Shown: positions 25,666 to 39,720 of the stretch, in pieces | Layout of the letters: each line of letters begins with the position of its first letter | Position numbering within the stretch: the first letter of the stretch is position 1 | Assembly: GCF_006345805.1 (NCBI RefSeq) | Contig: NC_042997.1 | Location: forward strand, 109,120,001 to 109,184,000 | Direction of reading: 5' to 3' | Source of the DNA: Octopus sinensis | Lineage: Eukaryota | Length of the DNA stretch: 64,000 nucleotides | Translations under genes and position numbers: made by a program | Notes under the pieces: model-generated | What the model was told of the DNA's origin: nothing | The model's database searches: none | What the model saw: only the letters and a program-made list of their open reading frames with translations

Positions 25666-26109
25666 ACGCATGTACGCTTGTATTTATGTATGTAAATGTG
25701 TATATATGCATGTATTTATGCATGCATACATGCATTTCTGTATGTATGTAGGTATGTCAATTGGAGAGAAGTCACAAACGTAAACAAAAATGTAAGCAAG
25801 TAGACATTGTTGGCTGGCATGATGTGGTGGGGTTGAGAGTAAAGTGTTTCGATGGAAGATCTTTAAATATATGCATGTATGTATGTGTGTATGTATGTAT
25901 GTATGTATGTATGTATGTATGTATGTATGTATGCATGTATGTATGTATGTATGTATATGTGTGTGCGTGAGTGTGTGTACTTTAACAGCACGGCGTCTGT
26001 GAAATAATGGCTGTATTCCGAGAGCAGCCATAGATTTTGTTGCTTCACGCTCCGTTGCCTGCCGTCTGAAATTGGTAGAGCTCCATTACAGACACGCGAT
26101 AGCAATACT

Positions 26110-26167
<58 letters not shown>

Positions 26168-26403
26168 GCATGCACGCACACATACGGCCCCCATCACCAC
26201 TACACACAATGATGTCGGAAATAGATCCATCCTCTCAATTGTTTGTAACAAATAATTTGAAATGAAATCAGTGGTCTTAATAGCGTCAGAAACTAATCGT
26301 CGTGGAAACATAACCACAGTACGGACAAGAACAAGGCATAGAAATAACAGCAACAGCTACAACAACAACATCTAGCCAAATAAAATATTAAAAAAAACTA
26401 TCT

Positions 26404-26636
26404 CTATTTCTTTACTACCCACAAAGGGCTAAACACAGAGAGGACAAACAAGGACAGACAAAAGGGATTAAGTCGATTATATCGACCCCAGTGCGTAACT
26501 GGTACTTATTTAATCGACCTCGAAAGGATGAAAGGGAAAGTCGACCTCGGCGGAATTTGAACTCAGAACGTAACGGTAGACGAAATACCGCAAAGCATTT
26601 CGCCCGGCGTGCTAACCTTTCTGCCAGCTCGTTGCC
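26404..26636 (-). mobile_element. CORE-type SINE, long-tail variant
   Basis: Reverse complement of 18127-18358, with an imperfect A-rich TSD. Confidence 0.88.
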
Positions 26637-27019
26637 TTCAAATATAAAAAATAACTGCAGTTCCTCAGTCGTCAATCACAGTAAAACATTCACGACCATC
26701 CCCACTACCATCAAAGCACCTATTTCCAGCAGCAGCAGCACCACCACCACCACCACCACCAACACCACCACCACCACTACCACCATCACCACCACCACCA
26801 CCACCGCCGCCGCCACCGCCACTACCGTCAATATCATCTCGTTCACCTGTAACTCCGAACCCACCACCATCACCTCCTTCTCTATTCCGCCATCACCTTG
26901 CATGCTACATTCCCCATCAGAAAAGACCTTCCAATTGTTTTCTCGACAATCAGGATTACTCTTAATATTGTCACTTATAACACTACACCACCAGCAGTGA
27001 TTTATTTATGCGCTCTTTT

Positions 27020-27300
27020 CAAGCGTAACCAGGCTCATGTGCCCGGTTTCCCGGTTTCCGTGGCGTATGTGTTCCTCCCAGCTGGACGGGACGGCAGTCC
27101 ATCGCAGCGTTACTCAAGAAACTGGAAGAAAGAGTGAGAGAAAGAGTACAACAGGGGTCGCCATCACCCCCTGCCGGAGCCTTGTGGAGATTTTAGGTGT
27201 TTCGCTCATTGAACTCACACAACGCCCGGTCTGGGAATCGAAACCGCGATCCTCCAACCGCAAGTCCGCTGCCCTAACCATTGGATCGTTGCGCCTCCAC
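27020..27300 (-). mobile_element. tRNA-derived SINE (family C)
   Basis: Minus strand head reads ggcgcaacgatccaatggttagggcagcggacttgcggttggaggatcgcggtttcgattccc, which is tRNA-like with A and B boxes. Confidence 0.75.
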
Positions 27301-27449
27301 TTGTAGTGATACCATGATAATTATCATCATCAGCTCTACCGCCAAAATCGAAAGACCCAACACCTACCTCATCATCGTCATCATCATTGCTGTCATCGCC
27401 GTCATCGTCGTCGTTGTTTTTCTGTAACTTACGGGATTTCCAAAGGAAG

Positions 27450-27900
27450 GTAAAGTGTATTAGATGCTGTAGAAGCGTATGAAGGTCTCGAGTAGCGAAC
27501 CCTGGTGATTATGGAGATTCTTCGAGCGGTAGAAACAAGATGATGGCAGTAAATGAATGGGAAAGGATAATCGTTATCTAGAAAGAGATAATATGAGCGG
27601 ATATGGAGGATTCTACGTTTTTGGAGAAGAATGTTCAGAGAGAAGTTCCATTGCAGAATATGGTTTAGAGATCTGATACGGCTTAATGGCTGAGCAGGGA
27701 GAATTAATGCTGCAGCATGGAGGATTAATGGCTGAACATAAAGGATTTTGTGTGCTAGAGATGAATATCTCGTTTGCCTGGAAAATGGAAAACACTTTGA
27801 ACATATTCATTCGACTGGAGTCCTATGAGTTTAAGCAAGGGTTGGATAAACACCTGAAATGATTATGAGCATCAAGGGTGCCGAAGTATTTGTGAATTTG
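27450..27900 (+). mobile_element. Possible decayed CR1/L2-type LINE 3' remnant
   Basis: Frame ending LESYEFKQGLDKHLK*, which resembles the FKxxLDxHL C-terminus. Confidence 0.35.
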
Positions 27901-28145
27901 ATGCGGAAGAGGCGTGGGTAAATGAAGGCTAAAACTCACTAATTTCCAGCCAGGTATCGATGCAAAATTAACGCAAATATTCACCAAACAAATATTTCAT
28001 TTTAAATATTCTGACCTTAATCAATATAATATGATTGAATTTTATTGTTCTTTATCAATTTCATTGGATATTTTCATAAAATCTCTTTAAATATTTCTTA
28101 TTCAAAAGTTGTCCTGACAGGAAAGAAATTCATTTATCTTCGACT

Positions 28146-28538
28146 TATTTCAGTCATTAGACTGCGGCCATGCTGGGGCACCGCCTTGAAGGATTGCAGC
28201 CAAGCGAGTCGACCCCAGTAATTATTTTCTTTCTTTTTTAAAAGCCTGATAGCTTGATACTTATTCTATCGCTCTCTAAGTTACGGGGATGTAAACATGC
28301 CAGCACCGGTTGTCAAACAGTAGTAGGGGACATAGACAGACACAAAGACACACTCACACATAAACACTCCCATATACATGCACGATGGTCTTCTATCAGT
28401 TTCCGTCTACCAAATCAACTCACAAGGCTTTAGTCGGCCTCAGGGTATAGTGAAGACATTAGCTCAAGCTGCTACACAGTGGCACTGAACCCGGAATCGT
28501 GTGGTTGGGAAGCAAGCTTCTTACCACACAACCACGCT
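28146..28538 (-). mobile_element. tRNA-SINE family B, near full length
   Basis: Minus strand head gcgtggttgtgtggtaagaagcttgcttcccaaccacacgattccgggttcagtgccact, followed by the conserved body and tail. Confidence 0.85.
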
Positions 28539-29344
28539 TGTTTATTAATTATAGTTTTTAATTTTACTTTAAAAATTTTCTTGACATGTAGAGGGGTCGA
28601 TAAGTTATCAACAATTCTATGAAGTGGCCAATTATATCAGAAATTTGCCGAACCTAGATCAAGAAGATTGATCGCTTTCGTACTTAATATACTGTGGTAA
28701 AAAAAAAAAACATGTATCTACGACTCAAGATTTTCCACTAACAACCAATTTAGTATTTGTAAAGACCTCAACGAGAGGCCTGTGACTGCCTTTGAATCTA
28801 TAAATTTGGCGTTAGCTGAGATTCTCACCGAATATTTCTTAATGAGGCTTAACCTCATCAACAGAAGCATGTACTGTTGTATTTCATTCACATGAAGGGC
28901 GATATTTTGCCTAATCACTGCTCTTATTTGCGTTGTATCAATTGTAATGATTCCAGTTGTAAAACTCTAGTCTGTGATTGACATGAATAATACCTCATAA
29001 GCAACATCTTCTCCAACTGTGATGTCCATTCGTTTCTCTTGAATCAGATATAAAGTTTTCTGCTAGCTTTGAAAACATACACAGTCCTCGTGTTATCCGA
29101 AATTTAGCGACACACTTTATCTCTCTGCTGTATAATATACTTATTGTCCTTCATTTTCTATCTAGCATACACCAGTGATTTTTAATTATTGGGTATTTCC
29201 TGACTATATGCAATCTACACGAAATCCATGTGAAATTACCTTCTTAGAATTGGTGTCTGAATTCATCTTCCGTTTTTAGAAACACCATTTTATAAATATA
29301 AAGTCGAACTAAAAACTGTCTCATATTGTCATTAATAACATCGC

Positions 29345-29680
29345 AAGCAAGAGAACTCAGAGAGCGCAAACCTCCGCCAAGGCAACATCAACGTCCTGAA
29401 ATAAACTCAACTGCTCTCACAAACGAGAATACTAAAAATGAACCCAACCCCTCTCAAAAAGTTAAGTAAAAGAAAATAACAGAAAAATAATTCAGAATCG
29501 TTGTTCGGTATCGGATTGATCCCGAAATCTAATCACTTCGTGCCAGTCACAAGGCCAAACATCCCTGAAATTTTCATCTGAATCCATCGAGCGGTTCTTG
29601 ATATATTTTGTCCACGGACAAACAAGTAAACGTAACTGAAAACACTACCTTCTTCTTCACTAAAGGTGGGTGGGGTAATT
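29345..29680 (+). repeat. Unclassified repeat with subterminal acctccgcc motif and degraded 3' hairpin, possibly Helentron/HINE-like
   Basis: 5' gagcgcaaacctccgccaagg and 3' ctaccttcttcttcactaaaggtgggtggggtaa. Confidence 0.3.
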
Positions 29681-29684
29681 AACA

Positions 29685-29890
29685 TGGTGAGCTGGCAGAA
29701 TCGCTAGCACGCGAAGCAAAATTCTTAGTAGCACTTCCTCCGTCATTACGTTCTGAGTTCGGATTCTGTTGAGGTCGATTTTACCTTTCACCCTTTCGGG
29801 GTTGATAAAATAAATACTAGTCAAGCACTGGGGTCGATGTAAACCATTTATCCCTCCCTCTAAGTTGCTGGCCTTGTGCCAAAATTTGTA
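29685..29890 (+). mobile_element. Diverged CORE-type SINE, short-tail variant
   Basis: Head gagctggcagaatcgctagcacg, core ctttcaccctttcggggttgataaaat, tail ggccttgtgccaaaatttg. Confidence 0.75.
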
Positions 29891-30191
29891 ACCATCCATA
29901 TTACAAGTTATTAATTTCCCCCTCATCTTAATTATAAAATTTAATTTTTCATTTCTGCTTTCTAAAACGTCTCTTTAAATCTTTCCTGTGTATGAATATA
30001 TAAAACTTGTTGATGCATAAATATTTGTCAATACTTGAAAGACTCCATAAGTTAGGAACCAGGCTTTCATCTCTCTCAAGCAAACGCCCATCATTAATAG
30101 TTTAAAGCAATCTTCAAACGCACCCATTTAATGAGTAAACGTGTACGTCTACGCATCAGACGACATGTAACTGGTCTTATATATTTAACTA

Positions 30192-30283
<92 letters not shown>

Positions 30284-30760
30284 TATATATTTTTTCTTGT
30301 TAGTTATTTCAAACACACGTAGATATTGAAATCATACGTGCATACGTGTACATAGATCTATGGGTGTATGTTGTTTGTGTTGTTAAAAGAGTGATATATG
30401 AAATCAACGAACATTGATTACATGAAATTTTTAGTAAATGGGAAGAATAAAATATAATTTTAAAGAACTCGCTATTAGTAACATAATCATTAGCATAACC
30501 TATATATACATATACACACATAGATACCTCTCTCTCAACACACACGCACACACACATATACACACACACAATTTAATATACACCGCATTAAAATAAGAAC
30601 TACTAATAATTTCTTATCATTGAGAACGTGGCCAGGTAGACATTTATAACCACGTTCACGATGGCAAGAAACTACTAATAGCTCTTATTTTAATTCAGCG
30701 TACTCCCACCGGATGGAGTACGTTTTTGTTGATCTTTCCTTAGCAGGACAGTAAACTAAT

Positions 30761-30832
<72 letters not shown>

Positions 30833-30948
30833 TATATATATTATATATATATATATATGTATAAGGGTGAAGAGGAACACACGAGTTGATATATATGAAA
30901 AAACAAGTCAAAATAGAAAATGCTAAAATAATTTTACAAAGAACATTT

Positions 30949-30977
30949 CAGTACCGGTTTTGAGACCTTTTCAACTG
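30949..30977 (-). ncRNA. Partly deleted U3:A8 hammerhead-like motif in a Penelope-like terminal remnant
   Basis: Minus strand reads cag-TTGAAAA-GGTCTC-aAAACCGGT-A-ctg. The adjacent 30980-31060 is homologous to 49110-49210. Confidence 0.5.
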
Positions 30978-31336
30978 TAACGATTAAATAATTAAATTTA
31001 GAAAAATTAAAAGAAAAGTTTTTTTTAAAGGAATATTTGTATAGTGTTCAAATATAAGTGGCATTCTGCCTTTCTCTGTCTCCCTTGTTTGCACTTGTGT
31101 GTTCGAGGCCGTTGTGAATTCTTGGTAGGGTAGAAGAAGAAGAAGGTTGATGAGGAGAGGGGGTGGAAAAATTTGGGAGTGCCTTGATGGTCGTATTTTG
31201 AATGGTCAGTGGCGGCTAGCAGTTGCAGGTCAATTCAGGAGAATATTTCTATTGAAAGGTTTGTTTATGGAATTTGCGTAGGTGTTATACTAAGAAGCAT
31301 TAGTAATAAAGTTAAGCGGTAGAAGGTGGAGAAGAA

Positions 31337-31367
<31 letters not shown>

Positions 31368-31505
31368 TAGAAGAAGAAGAAGATGGCGATGTTGATGATG
31401 ATGATGATGAAGAAGAAGAAGAAGGAGAAGAAGAAGATGATGATGGTGGTGATGACGATCTATATATATATGTGTATATATATATATATATTATATATAT
31501 ATATA

Positions 31506-31620
<115 letters not shown>

Positions 31621-31841
31621 TATATATATATATATATATACTTTATTAATACATGTGTAAAGACATCACAAAAACAGTTACTCAGGGTTTCATATTTTTG
31701 TTCGCCGGACGACGAACGCGGAATGCGAAGCAGTTTTTGTGACGTCATTGCAGTTTTATTAATAAAGCATATTACTCTAGCTCCGGTATTCGAGTACTAT
31801 TTTTTCCACCTTGTTTCACATTTGTATGCTTACTCTAGTGC

Positions 31842-31875
<34 letters not shown>

Positions 31876-31954
31876 GTGTGTGTGTGTGTGTTGTGTGTGT
31901 GTGTGTGTCTGCAATTCCTTGCTGAACACTCTGTACAGATGATGTGTTTATAAT

Positions 31955-32190
31955 GATGGAAATGTTAGTGTTGCACATAAGCTCCCTCTCTTGATCGATG
32001 TTGATTGTTCCAAGTGTACGCAATGCCACACATCAAATGCCTAAGTGAACGAAGTGATCGAAGAACAATTTGAGATGAAGTATTTTCAGTGCTTTGCTCA
32101 CGAACACAACGCACTACCTGGATTGGAAATCGAACCATGATTTCGAGAATAGTGAGTGCAGCACTAACCTCTAGGCTGCGTGCTCTCACA
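31955..32190 (-). mobile_element. tRNA-derived SINE, diverged
   Basis: Minus strand reads gcctagaggttagtgctgcactcac...ggttcgatttcc...gttgtgttcgtgagcaaagcact. The head resembles 39400. Confidence 0.6.
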
Positions 32191-33659
32191 CATGATGACC
32201 AACACCAACAAAGCAATGTCTCTGCATAATGCTTGTTCCAACTCATATGGCCTGCACAATACCTCATAAACCCTCTCTCTTCTACTAATATAATCCAAAG
32301 ACAAACCGAGACAAGATATCTCGTGCCAATCTGGGTCGCAGGCTCAGAAATGGAACAATGTCATGATATGAAGAGCAAGCAAAATATTCCCAAGATGTCC
32401 AGGGCCATTTCTTGCATATCCGGTTTTATATCAGAGTGACCTTCTCCTAAAGACATGCTCCAACAAAAGCTGAGAAGTACTCCACTATCAGTGGTCTGCC
32501 AGCAGATCTGACACCAACTCGGAATTCCTGAATGCCCCCACAATACATGCATGCATATACATACATACATACATAATTGTAGGCATACATACATGTTTAC
32601 ATGTGACACGAGAAGCTAACTCGTGACCGAGTAAGGTTATTTCTAGAACACATTTAAGTCTCAGAAATACTTTACATTTGGTTTCTTTATTGCTGTTGAC
32701 TTCTCAGAAGGCTCTTAAAGCTCGAAGAGGACTTGCGAGTCCATTCCCCACTCATTACAAGTTAGTTATCCAGCAGCAGACCGAGTAGATGCCGGGATTT
32801 ATGACGCCGAGTGAATCCACTGGCTGACCCCCCACACAAGTTATTACACAAGGAGCACGAGAGATCATGCTGAATATCACATACATACATACATACATAC
32901 ATACATACATACATACATACATACATACATACATACATACATACATACATGCATACATACATACATGCATACATACATACATACATATATACATGCATAT
33001 GCGCATAATACATGCATGCACACATATATATTGTAACAGGTATAAGTTAAAGAAAATATCTAATATTTTCATACGTTTACGAATTAATTTTAATCGTTTA
33101 ATTAATTTTTTTTAATCCTTAATATTTTATTATCTGTGTTGCTTCATCTTTTCCGTAGATACATGTGAGTGTGCATGTGGACGTGAATATGAATATATGT
33201 CTGTGTGGGTATTAACACATATTTGAAATATCTACTTTGCCACCTTTTCCCCATAATACCTTTACATTTACGTAAACGCTTCACCTCTATTTTTTTTCAC
33301 ATACCTAATAAACGATATATATTTTCATAACTTTATAAAATATTTCATTTCTGAAAAGAAAAGAAACAACATTCTTATTATCGAAGCATCTAATATTTGA
33401 CTTATTTACCAGATTATATCACACCTCATAGGGAAAGCATGAAAAAATTGTCTGACGAATAAAATAATTTACTTTATCTTTAAAAATTATGTTGATACTT
33501 TTAAAAATCTATTTCACGATAATGAACGTCTATTAGACACTTACAAGTCTCTCTTTCTTATTCAATGCCCTTGAGTCTCATAGGAAAATAATTTAAGTGT
33601 GTTTATATGAAGCTTTTATGTATGCTTCCTCATAAATGTGGATCGACCATCTCTTTATG

Positions 33660-34008
33660 TTCGTATATCGACCTCAGTGCGTTACTGGTACTTATTTAAT
33701 CGACCCCGAAAGGATGAAGAGCAAAGTCGACCTCTGCGGAATTTGAACTCAGAACGTAGCGGCAGATGAAATACCTATTTATTTATTGCCCACAAGAGGC
33801 TAAACACAGACAGGACAAACAAGGACATACGAACGGATTAAGTCGATTATATCGACCCCAGTGAGTAACTGGTACTTAATTTATCGACCCCCGAAAGGAT
33901 GAAAGACAAAGTCGACCTCGGCGGAATTTGAACTCAGAACGTAACGGCAGACGAAATACTGCTAAGCATTTCGCCCGGTGTGCTAACGTTTCTGCCAGCT
34001 CACCGCCT
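33660..34008 (-). mobile_element. Dimeric CORE-type SINE (head-body-long tail-second body)
   Basis: The core is duplicated, with junction gaaatac|ctattt at 33768-33780. Only one head is present. Confidence 0.8.
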
Positions 34009-34034
34009 TATTACGATACATATTAAATAACTTC

Positions 34035-34235
34035 ATGTCAGAGAGTTGCCAGAATCTTTAGAACTACGAGAAAATTGCTCTGTGACATTTCACTGTATTT
34101 ACGGTCTGAGTTCGATCTTAACTTCTTCCTTTCGCGGTCGATAATATAAATACGAAATGTGTCCTGGGGTCTAAATAATCGATGTAACCCGAAATTGATG
34201 GCATTGTGCCAAAATCTGAAACCAATATACATTGA
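34035..34235 (+). mobile_element. Highly diverged CORE-type SINE
   Basis: gagttgccagaatc...ctgagttcg...cctttcgcggtcgataat...cattgtgccaaaatctgaaacc. Confidence 0.55.
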
Positions 34236-34919
34236 ATTCGCTTCCGTTTTACAAATTATTTTCTTTTTCCGTTTCTAAAATCCACCCATTTCTAAAATTA
34301 TAAATAAATTTATTAATTTAAGACAATATTTTAATTATATTACAATTCCGACCTTTTCACTCGACATGAATTTCGAATATGTAAAATCTAGAAAAAGTGA
34401 CTTCATAGCTTTTATGAAGTTATTTTATTGGAATTGTCATTGAATTCGATATTTTTCTTAAACCATTTTGTTAAACTCTTCTTTATTGCTATTTTCATCT
34501 AATATTCCTCATAAGAATAAAAAAAAAAACCAAATCAATATTAGAATTTTATAACAATTTTCATTACACATTAAGCCTCTCTCGTGAAATTTTTGTAAAA
34601 TTTCGTAAAAACATTAAAAGCATTAATTTTCTCGTTTCTTTCCTCCTCTTTCTTTCTTTAAATAGCCGACTGTTTATATAATTGCATTCCCGTTGTCAAA
34701 AACCCAGTAAATTTTCATTTGAGACTATTATTTGCTTTTCGTGCCATAAATTTATATACTTACAGTTCTAATTGTAATATATCTGTTATCCTTTTTTTTT
34801 CTTGTTGCAAATATTTACTATCAAAACTTTATTACATTTTTATGTAGTTCAAAAATCACATACATACATACACACACATATGTGTGTGTGCGTGTATGCA
34901 CACACATGTATATATGCAT

Positions 34920-34950
<31 letters not shown>

Positions 34951-35109
34951 CATATGTGTGTAGACACAATTATATGTGTATGAAAGTATAGTGTTTTAAT
35001 ACCACTTCATTTTGTCAGAGACATTTCATATTATTTTCATTTATATTTATATATTTCGTATTATTAGATTCTATTATTATTTTCATATACACTCAACAAA
35101 TTAGGCCGT

Positions 35110-37640
35110 TGGAAAAGAAAAAAATCTAACATCGGGCTACAACAGGTAACCTTAGATGCCAAGAACGCTCCTAAGTATCCTAGCTGTCCCTAATAACACT
35201 GTTTCCTTCAGCTGTATTAAACTGGGTTCTATGCCTATTTCCTCTGTCCATCTGTTCAGGTCTTTAGGGATAGTCCCCAATGCACCTATAACTACTTGGA
35301 TACATTTTACCCGCACTTTGCATAGTCTCTGTAATTCAATTTCTAGGTCTTGGTATCTTACTATTTTTTCTAAACCTTTCATATTGATATTTTTTTATTA
35401 TTTGGGACTGTAAAGTCAATTATCTGGCACTTTCTATTCTCTTTATCAACTACTACCAAACCAGGCCTTCTAGCTTCTATTACTCTTTGAGTCTGAGTGT
35501 TAAAGTCCTACAACATCTTATATTTCTTAACTTCTTAGTACTTTACTAGGTTCATGTTCATACCATTTATCAGTGTGTTCAAATCCTAGCTTTCTACAAA
35601 GTTCCCAGTGGATTGCTTTCCCTAGATTGTCATGTCTTTTCTTGTATTCTTTCTGTGCCAGCATGCTACATTCATTTACTATATGAGTAACGCTTTCCTC
35701 TTTTGAGTTGCATATTCTAAATTGGGAATCTACTTGGTTTTTGTCTATCTTGGCTTTTATCCAATTAGTCCTTAATGCTTGATCTGGTGTAGCTACAAAC
35801 AAACTCTTTGTCTCCCTCTTCAGCTTTCGCGTCTGCAGCCACAACCATGTCTCACTACTACTACTTGATGCAAGTATCTTTGGGAATCTACCATGCAACG
35901 CCTTATCCTGTCAGTCAGATAATTTCTGTTCTTTTTTCTGGTTTTTAACTTCGTTTGAGTTTTCCTATATTTTTGCTGTGACTCTAGCAGCTTTTAATAA
36001 ATTTTCTTCACTATTACTTACATAGGAGTCTATGTCTTCTCTAGTTGACTCTACGCAGTCTTCTGCTGATATTAACCCTCTCCTGACTTCTTTTCTAGAC
36101 AGGTATAACCTTGCTACTCCTGCCGTTGGATGGAGTCCTCCATTCTTATTGAATTCCTTCCTAGTTTTTCTGTCCAGCTTTGCTAATTCAGTTTTTGTCC
36201 AATCTACAAAAGCTGCTGAGTATCTAAGTAATGATACTGCCCAAGTATTTACAGCCTTCACTAAAATCCGACCATTTAGCTTTGACTTCATTAGCTTCCT
36301 CAATTTTCTAATGTGCTCCTCCATTTTCGCTTTCATTTCTGTAGTTAGTAGGCTGTCAGATTCTAATACTCCGAGATACTTATAAATCTCTCTCCCTTTT
36401 AATGATTTTAATGTCTGGACATATGCTAATTGGACGCCTTCGCTTTTGACTACCTTTCCTCTTCTCATGACTAATATTGCACATTTATCTATGCCAAATT
36501 CCATACCTATATCTTTGTTGCAGAGTCTTACAGTCTGCATTAAGGAATCTATCTTTTTTCATTCTTACCAAAAAGGTTCAGATCATCCATGTAGAGCAAA
36601 TGATTAATTTTCCCTCACTTTTTCTAAACTGAAACCTTGCCTTCCCCTTCCTTAATACTAAACTGAGGGGGATCAAACATATGACAAATATTAAAGGGGA
36701 TAACGAGCCCCTCTGGAAAATGCCTCTTTTGATATTAACTTTCCCTAAGATTGTGTCACCCGGGGAGAGATCTGCTTTCCATGTCTTCATACTAAAGCTA
36801 ATTAATTCTCTTATGTTGTCTGCTATACTGAATATACTCAAACATTCACTTATCATTGAGTGTGAGATCATGACATAGGCTTTTCTTATATTCTATCCAT
36901 GCTATTGCTAGATTTTTCTGTCAAGCTTTTACTTCATTTAGAACTTCTTTGTCTATGAATAATAGATTATGCGTTCCTCTAGCCTTCTCCCTGCAACCTT
37001 TTTGTTCTTCTGTTAATAAATTCTGGTTGTCAAGGTGCTCGTAAATGCTTTCTGAAAGCATTCCTGTTAACAGATTCCACACTAATGGTAAGCAAGTGAT
37101 TGATCCATAGTTGCTAGCTGTATTAACCTTGCTATTATACTTCATGAGTTTTGTCCTCCAATCTGGTATTTTTCCTCCGTTAAGGTACTCCTGAAATATT
37201 TCCTTAGCCTCCCATGTAAACTACTAAATTTAGCCAGTACCCTCGAACTAAATCTGGTCCTGGGTCCTTCCAGTTCGGTATTTTTCCTAACACTTTACTC
37301 ATTAATGCACTACTTAATCTTAGATATGGCTGCTTCTCACTCACTATTTTCCCTCCCACTTTCTTTAACCATACTACATCTCCCTTATGGTTGACTGGCT
37401 TAATCCAAATATTATTCCAGAACTTTCTAGCTTCATATGCATTCGATTTCTCATCTTCAGTACTTAATTTTCCACTATTTATTTGGTTATAAAATCTCCT
37501 CTTGTGTGTCTCAAATAATCTGTTCTATTAATACTGATCTATTATTTTCTGATACCTGGAGAGCTTGTCTGCTACAGACACTTTGGTTGGTTTTGTTATG
37601 GGTTCGTTTTTACAGTGTTTACTTTTTTAACTGAAGACCG
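35110..37640 (-). mobile_element. R4/Dong-like RLE retrotransposon, about 2.5 kb, 5'-truncated and decayed
   Basis: Minus strand reads TCLPLVWNLLTG, EEQKGCR, RGIFQRGSLSPLIFVICLIPL, HLLYMDDL, MEFGIDKCA, YKYLG, KEESVTHIVNECSMLAQKEYKKRHD, RYQDLEIELQRL, VIGALG, LGTARILRSVLGI*. Confidence 0.92.
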
Positions 37641-37884
37641 CCCATGGACATGTACTGATATTTCTTTCGTAGTTAAAATTATTATTAGTGTATCAGCGAG
37701 AGACCGAGAAGGAACAACAATGGGCATGTGTGTAGATATCTTGTATAAATATGGATTTATATGTTTATAAAAATTTAAAATTTACAGGTTATCAGTTTTC
37801 GTACAGAAATATTGCAGTGTTTATATTTTGACGCACATGTTGCTATGGCGATGCATCTGGGGAAAGCTATTTTTTGTATATTAT

Positions 37885-38348
37885 TCTTTTATTTTTTCAG
37901 TCATTTGACTGCGGCCATGCTGGAGCACCACCTTTTGTCGAACTTATTCTTTGTAAGCCTGGTACTTATTGTATCGGTCACTGTTACCGAACCGCTAAGT
38001 TACAGGGATGTAAACACACCAACATCTGTTGTCAAGCAATTATGAGGGACAAACACAGACACACAAATGCATATATATATACAACAGCTTATTTTAGTTT
38101 CCGTCTACCAAATCGTCTCACAAGGTTTTGGTCGGCCCGAGGCTGTAGTAGAAGGCACTTGCCCATAGTGCCACACTGTGGCACAGTATCTGCAACCACG
38201 TGGTTGTGAAGTAAGACTTTTAACACACTGCCACTCCTTCGCCTATGGCCTTTGGTCGACCCGAGGCGGTAATAGAAGACACTTGCCCAAGATGTCACTG
38301 AACCTGGAACCAAATGGCTGGTAAACAAGCTTCTTACCACACAGTTAC
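37885..38348 (-). mobile_element. tRNA-SINE family B with tandem duplicated 5' part
   Basis: Tail and body as at 28146. The tttggtcggcccgaggc...gacacttgccc block occurs twice (about 38125 and 38250). Confidence 0.8.
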
Positions 38349-38654
38349 TCCAGTAAGAAATATACTTCCGTAAGAAATATACTCCATATAAGAAAAATCT
38401 TTCAGTTTTCTGAGATGGCTTACATTAAGACATATTTTTCTCTCATTGTTTTTGCGGATTCTTAATCCCTGCTTCGTGATGGTTTCAGATTTGATCTCTC
38501 TTCCCGGCAGCTCGCTGTCACACGTCCATGCTGTTTGGTATTTCTTGCGAACCCTCACAACAACACACACTCACACACATTCTTTGCTTTGTCCTGTAAT
38601 GTCCATAATGCTTTTCTTAATGTAAACCCTTGTGGTTAATAAAGAAATCTTTAT

Positions 38655-38935
38655 TATTACTATATGAAAACTCACAGTTTATTTTGCTGTGTATGATGGA
38701 AAGTGTCAGCTGTCCAGAACCAGCAGACTAAGGTGACCCTTGTTTACTGGTCATGCTTCAAAAACCCTGTGAAGAATTCTTGCAGTTCCAAGCAATGCTG
38801 ATTTTTGTAGGTGTTCTACCTTCACACTTGCACCAATCTTTTTCAACCATGTTGGTAGCTGAGTGCTGATACTTCCAAATACACCAATTACTATTAGTAT
38901 CATGTCTATTCTCTTCATTGACCACAACCTTCGTA
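38655..38935 (-). mobile_element. 3' fragment of another RLE retrotransposon, TAA-flanked
   Basis: Minus strand reads LIVIGVFGSISTQLPTWLKKIGASVKVEHLQKSALLGTARILHRVFEA*, with taataa runs on both sides. Confidence 0.8.
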
Positions 38936-39399
38936 ATTATTATCATTATTATTATCATGTATGCTCTGTCGTCAGGTATTTTCACGTAGTTAGTGCGTTA
39001 TTCTTGTTGGTATTGTTGTTGTTTAACTCCACATCAGACATGATGGAAGCCAGCAATGATTTAAAGTTAACCCTGCCATGGACGTCCTTTTTGTTCTCTT
39101 CTTCTACGATTTCAAGACGATAGAATTTTGTTAGAGGCAAATTTCTCCCGGCTTTTGCTAGAAAATCGACGACTAGCTTGTAGCTGTTTTTTTTAACGGA
39201 CACACACACACACACACACACACACAACACACACACACACACATATATGCACTCGAGCAAACACACACGCATACACACAAATATATAGATATATAAAATT
39301 AATAGAAGTACTGCGCGGTGTTAGGGTTCTAAACAAAATTTATATGTATGGAATGGAATAGTTGCAAGCTCACATTTTGCGAACTCCCGTGAATGCACA

Positions 39400-39720
39400 T
39401 GGCCTTGGAGCCAGGGTGTTGCACTCACAATCGCCAGATCGCGGGTTCAATTCCTGTATCGTGCGGCGTGTTGTGTTTTTGAGCAAAGCGCTTCGTTTCA
39501 CGTTACTCTTGCGCCGTGAAGACCGGCATGTCAAAGAATTGATTCCTTTTCTCTGCGTGTCGTAAAAAAGCGACTAAAATGAGTTGAGGTAGGATTTGCA
39601 CTCTGACCTCGCAAAACCATCACCAGGAACGACAACCCAGACAGACCCATGGGTTAGAGGGTTGTTAGCTGAAGGGTGCAAAGGTGTCATCCGCCACAAT
39701 TAATAGCGACTCACCAACAA
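39400..39720 (+). mobile_element. tRNA-derived SINE with body shared with 22420-22610
   Basis: gcactcacaatcgccagatcgcgggttcaattcctg B-box-like head, then gttgtgtttttgagcaaagc. Confidence 0.6.

Noticed and set aside
32190-32560. Coding-like segment on minus
   Set aside because: It has multiple stops and I could not assign it to any family; probably an old TE remnant.
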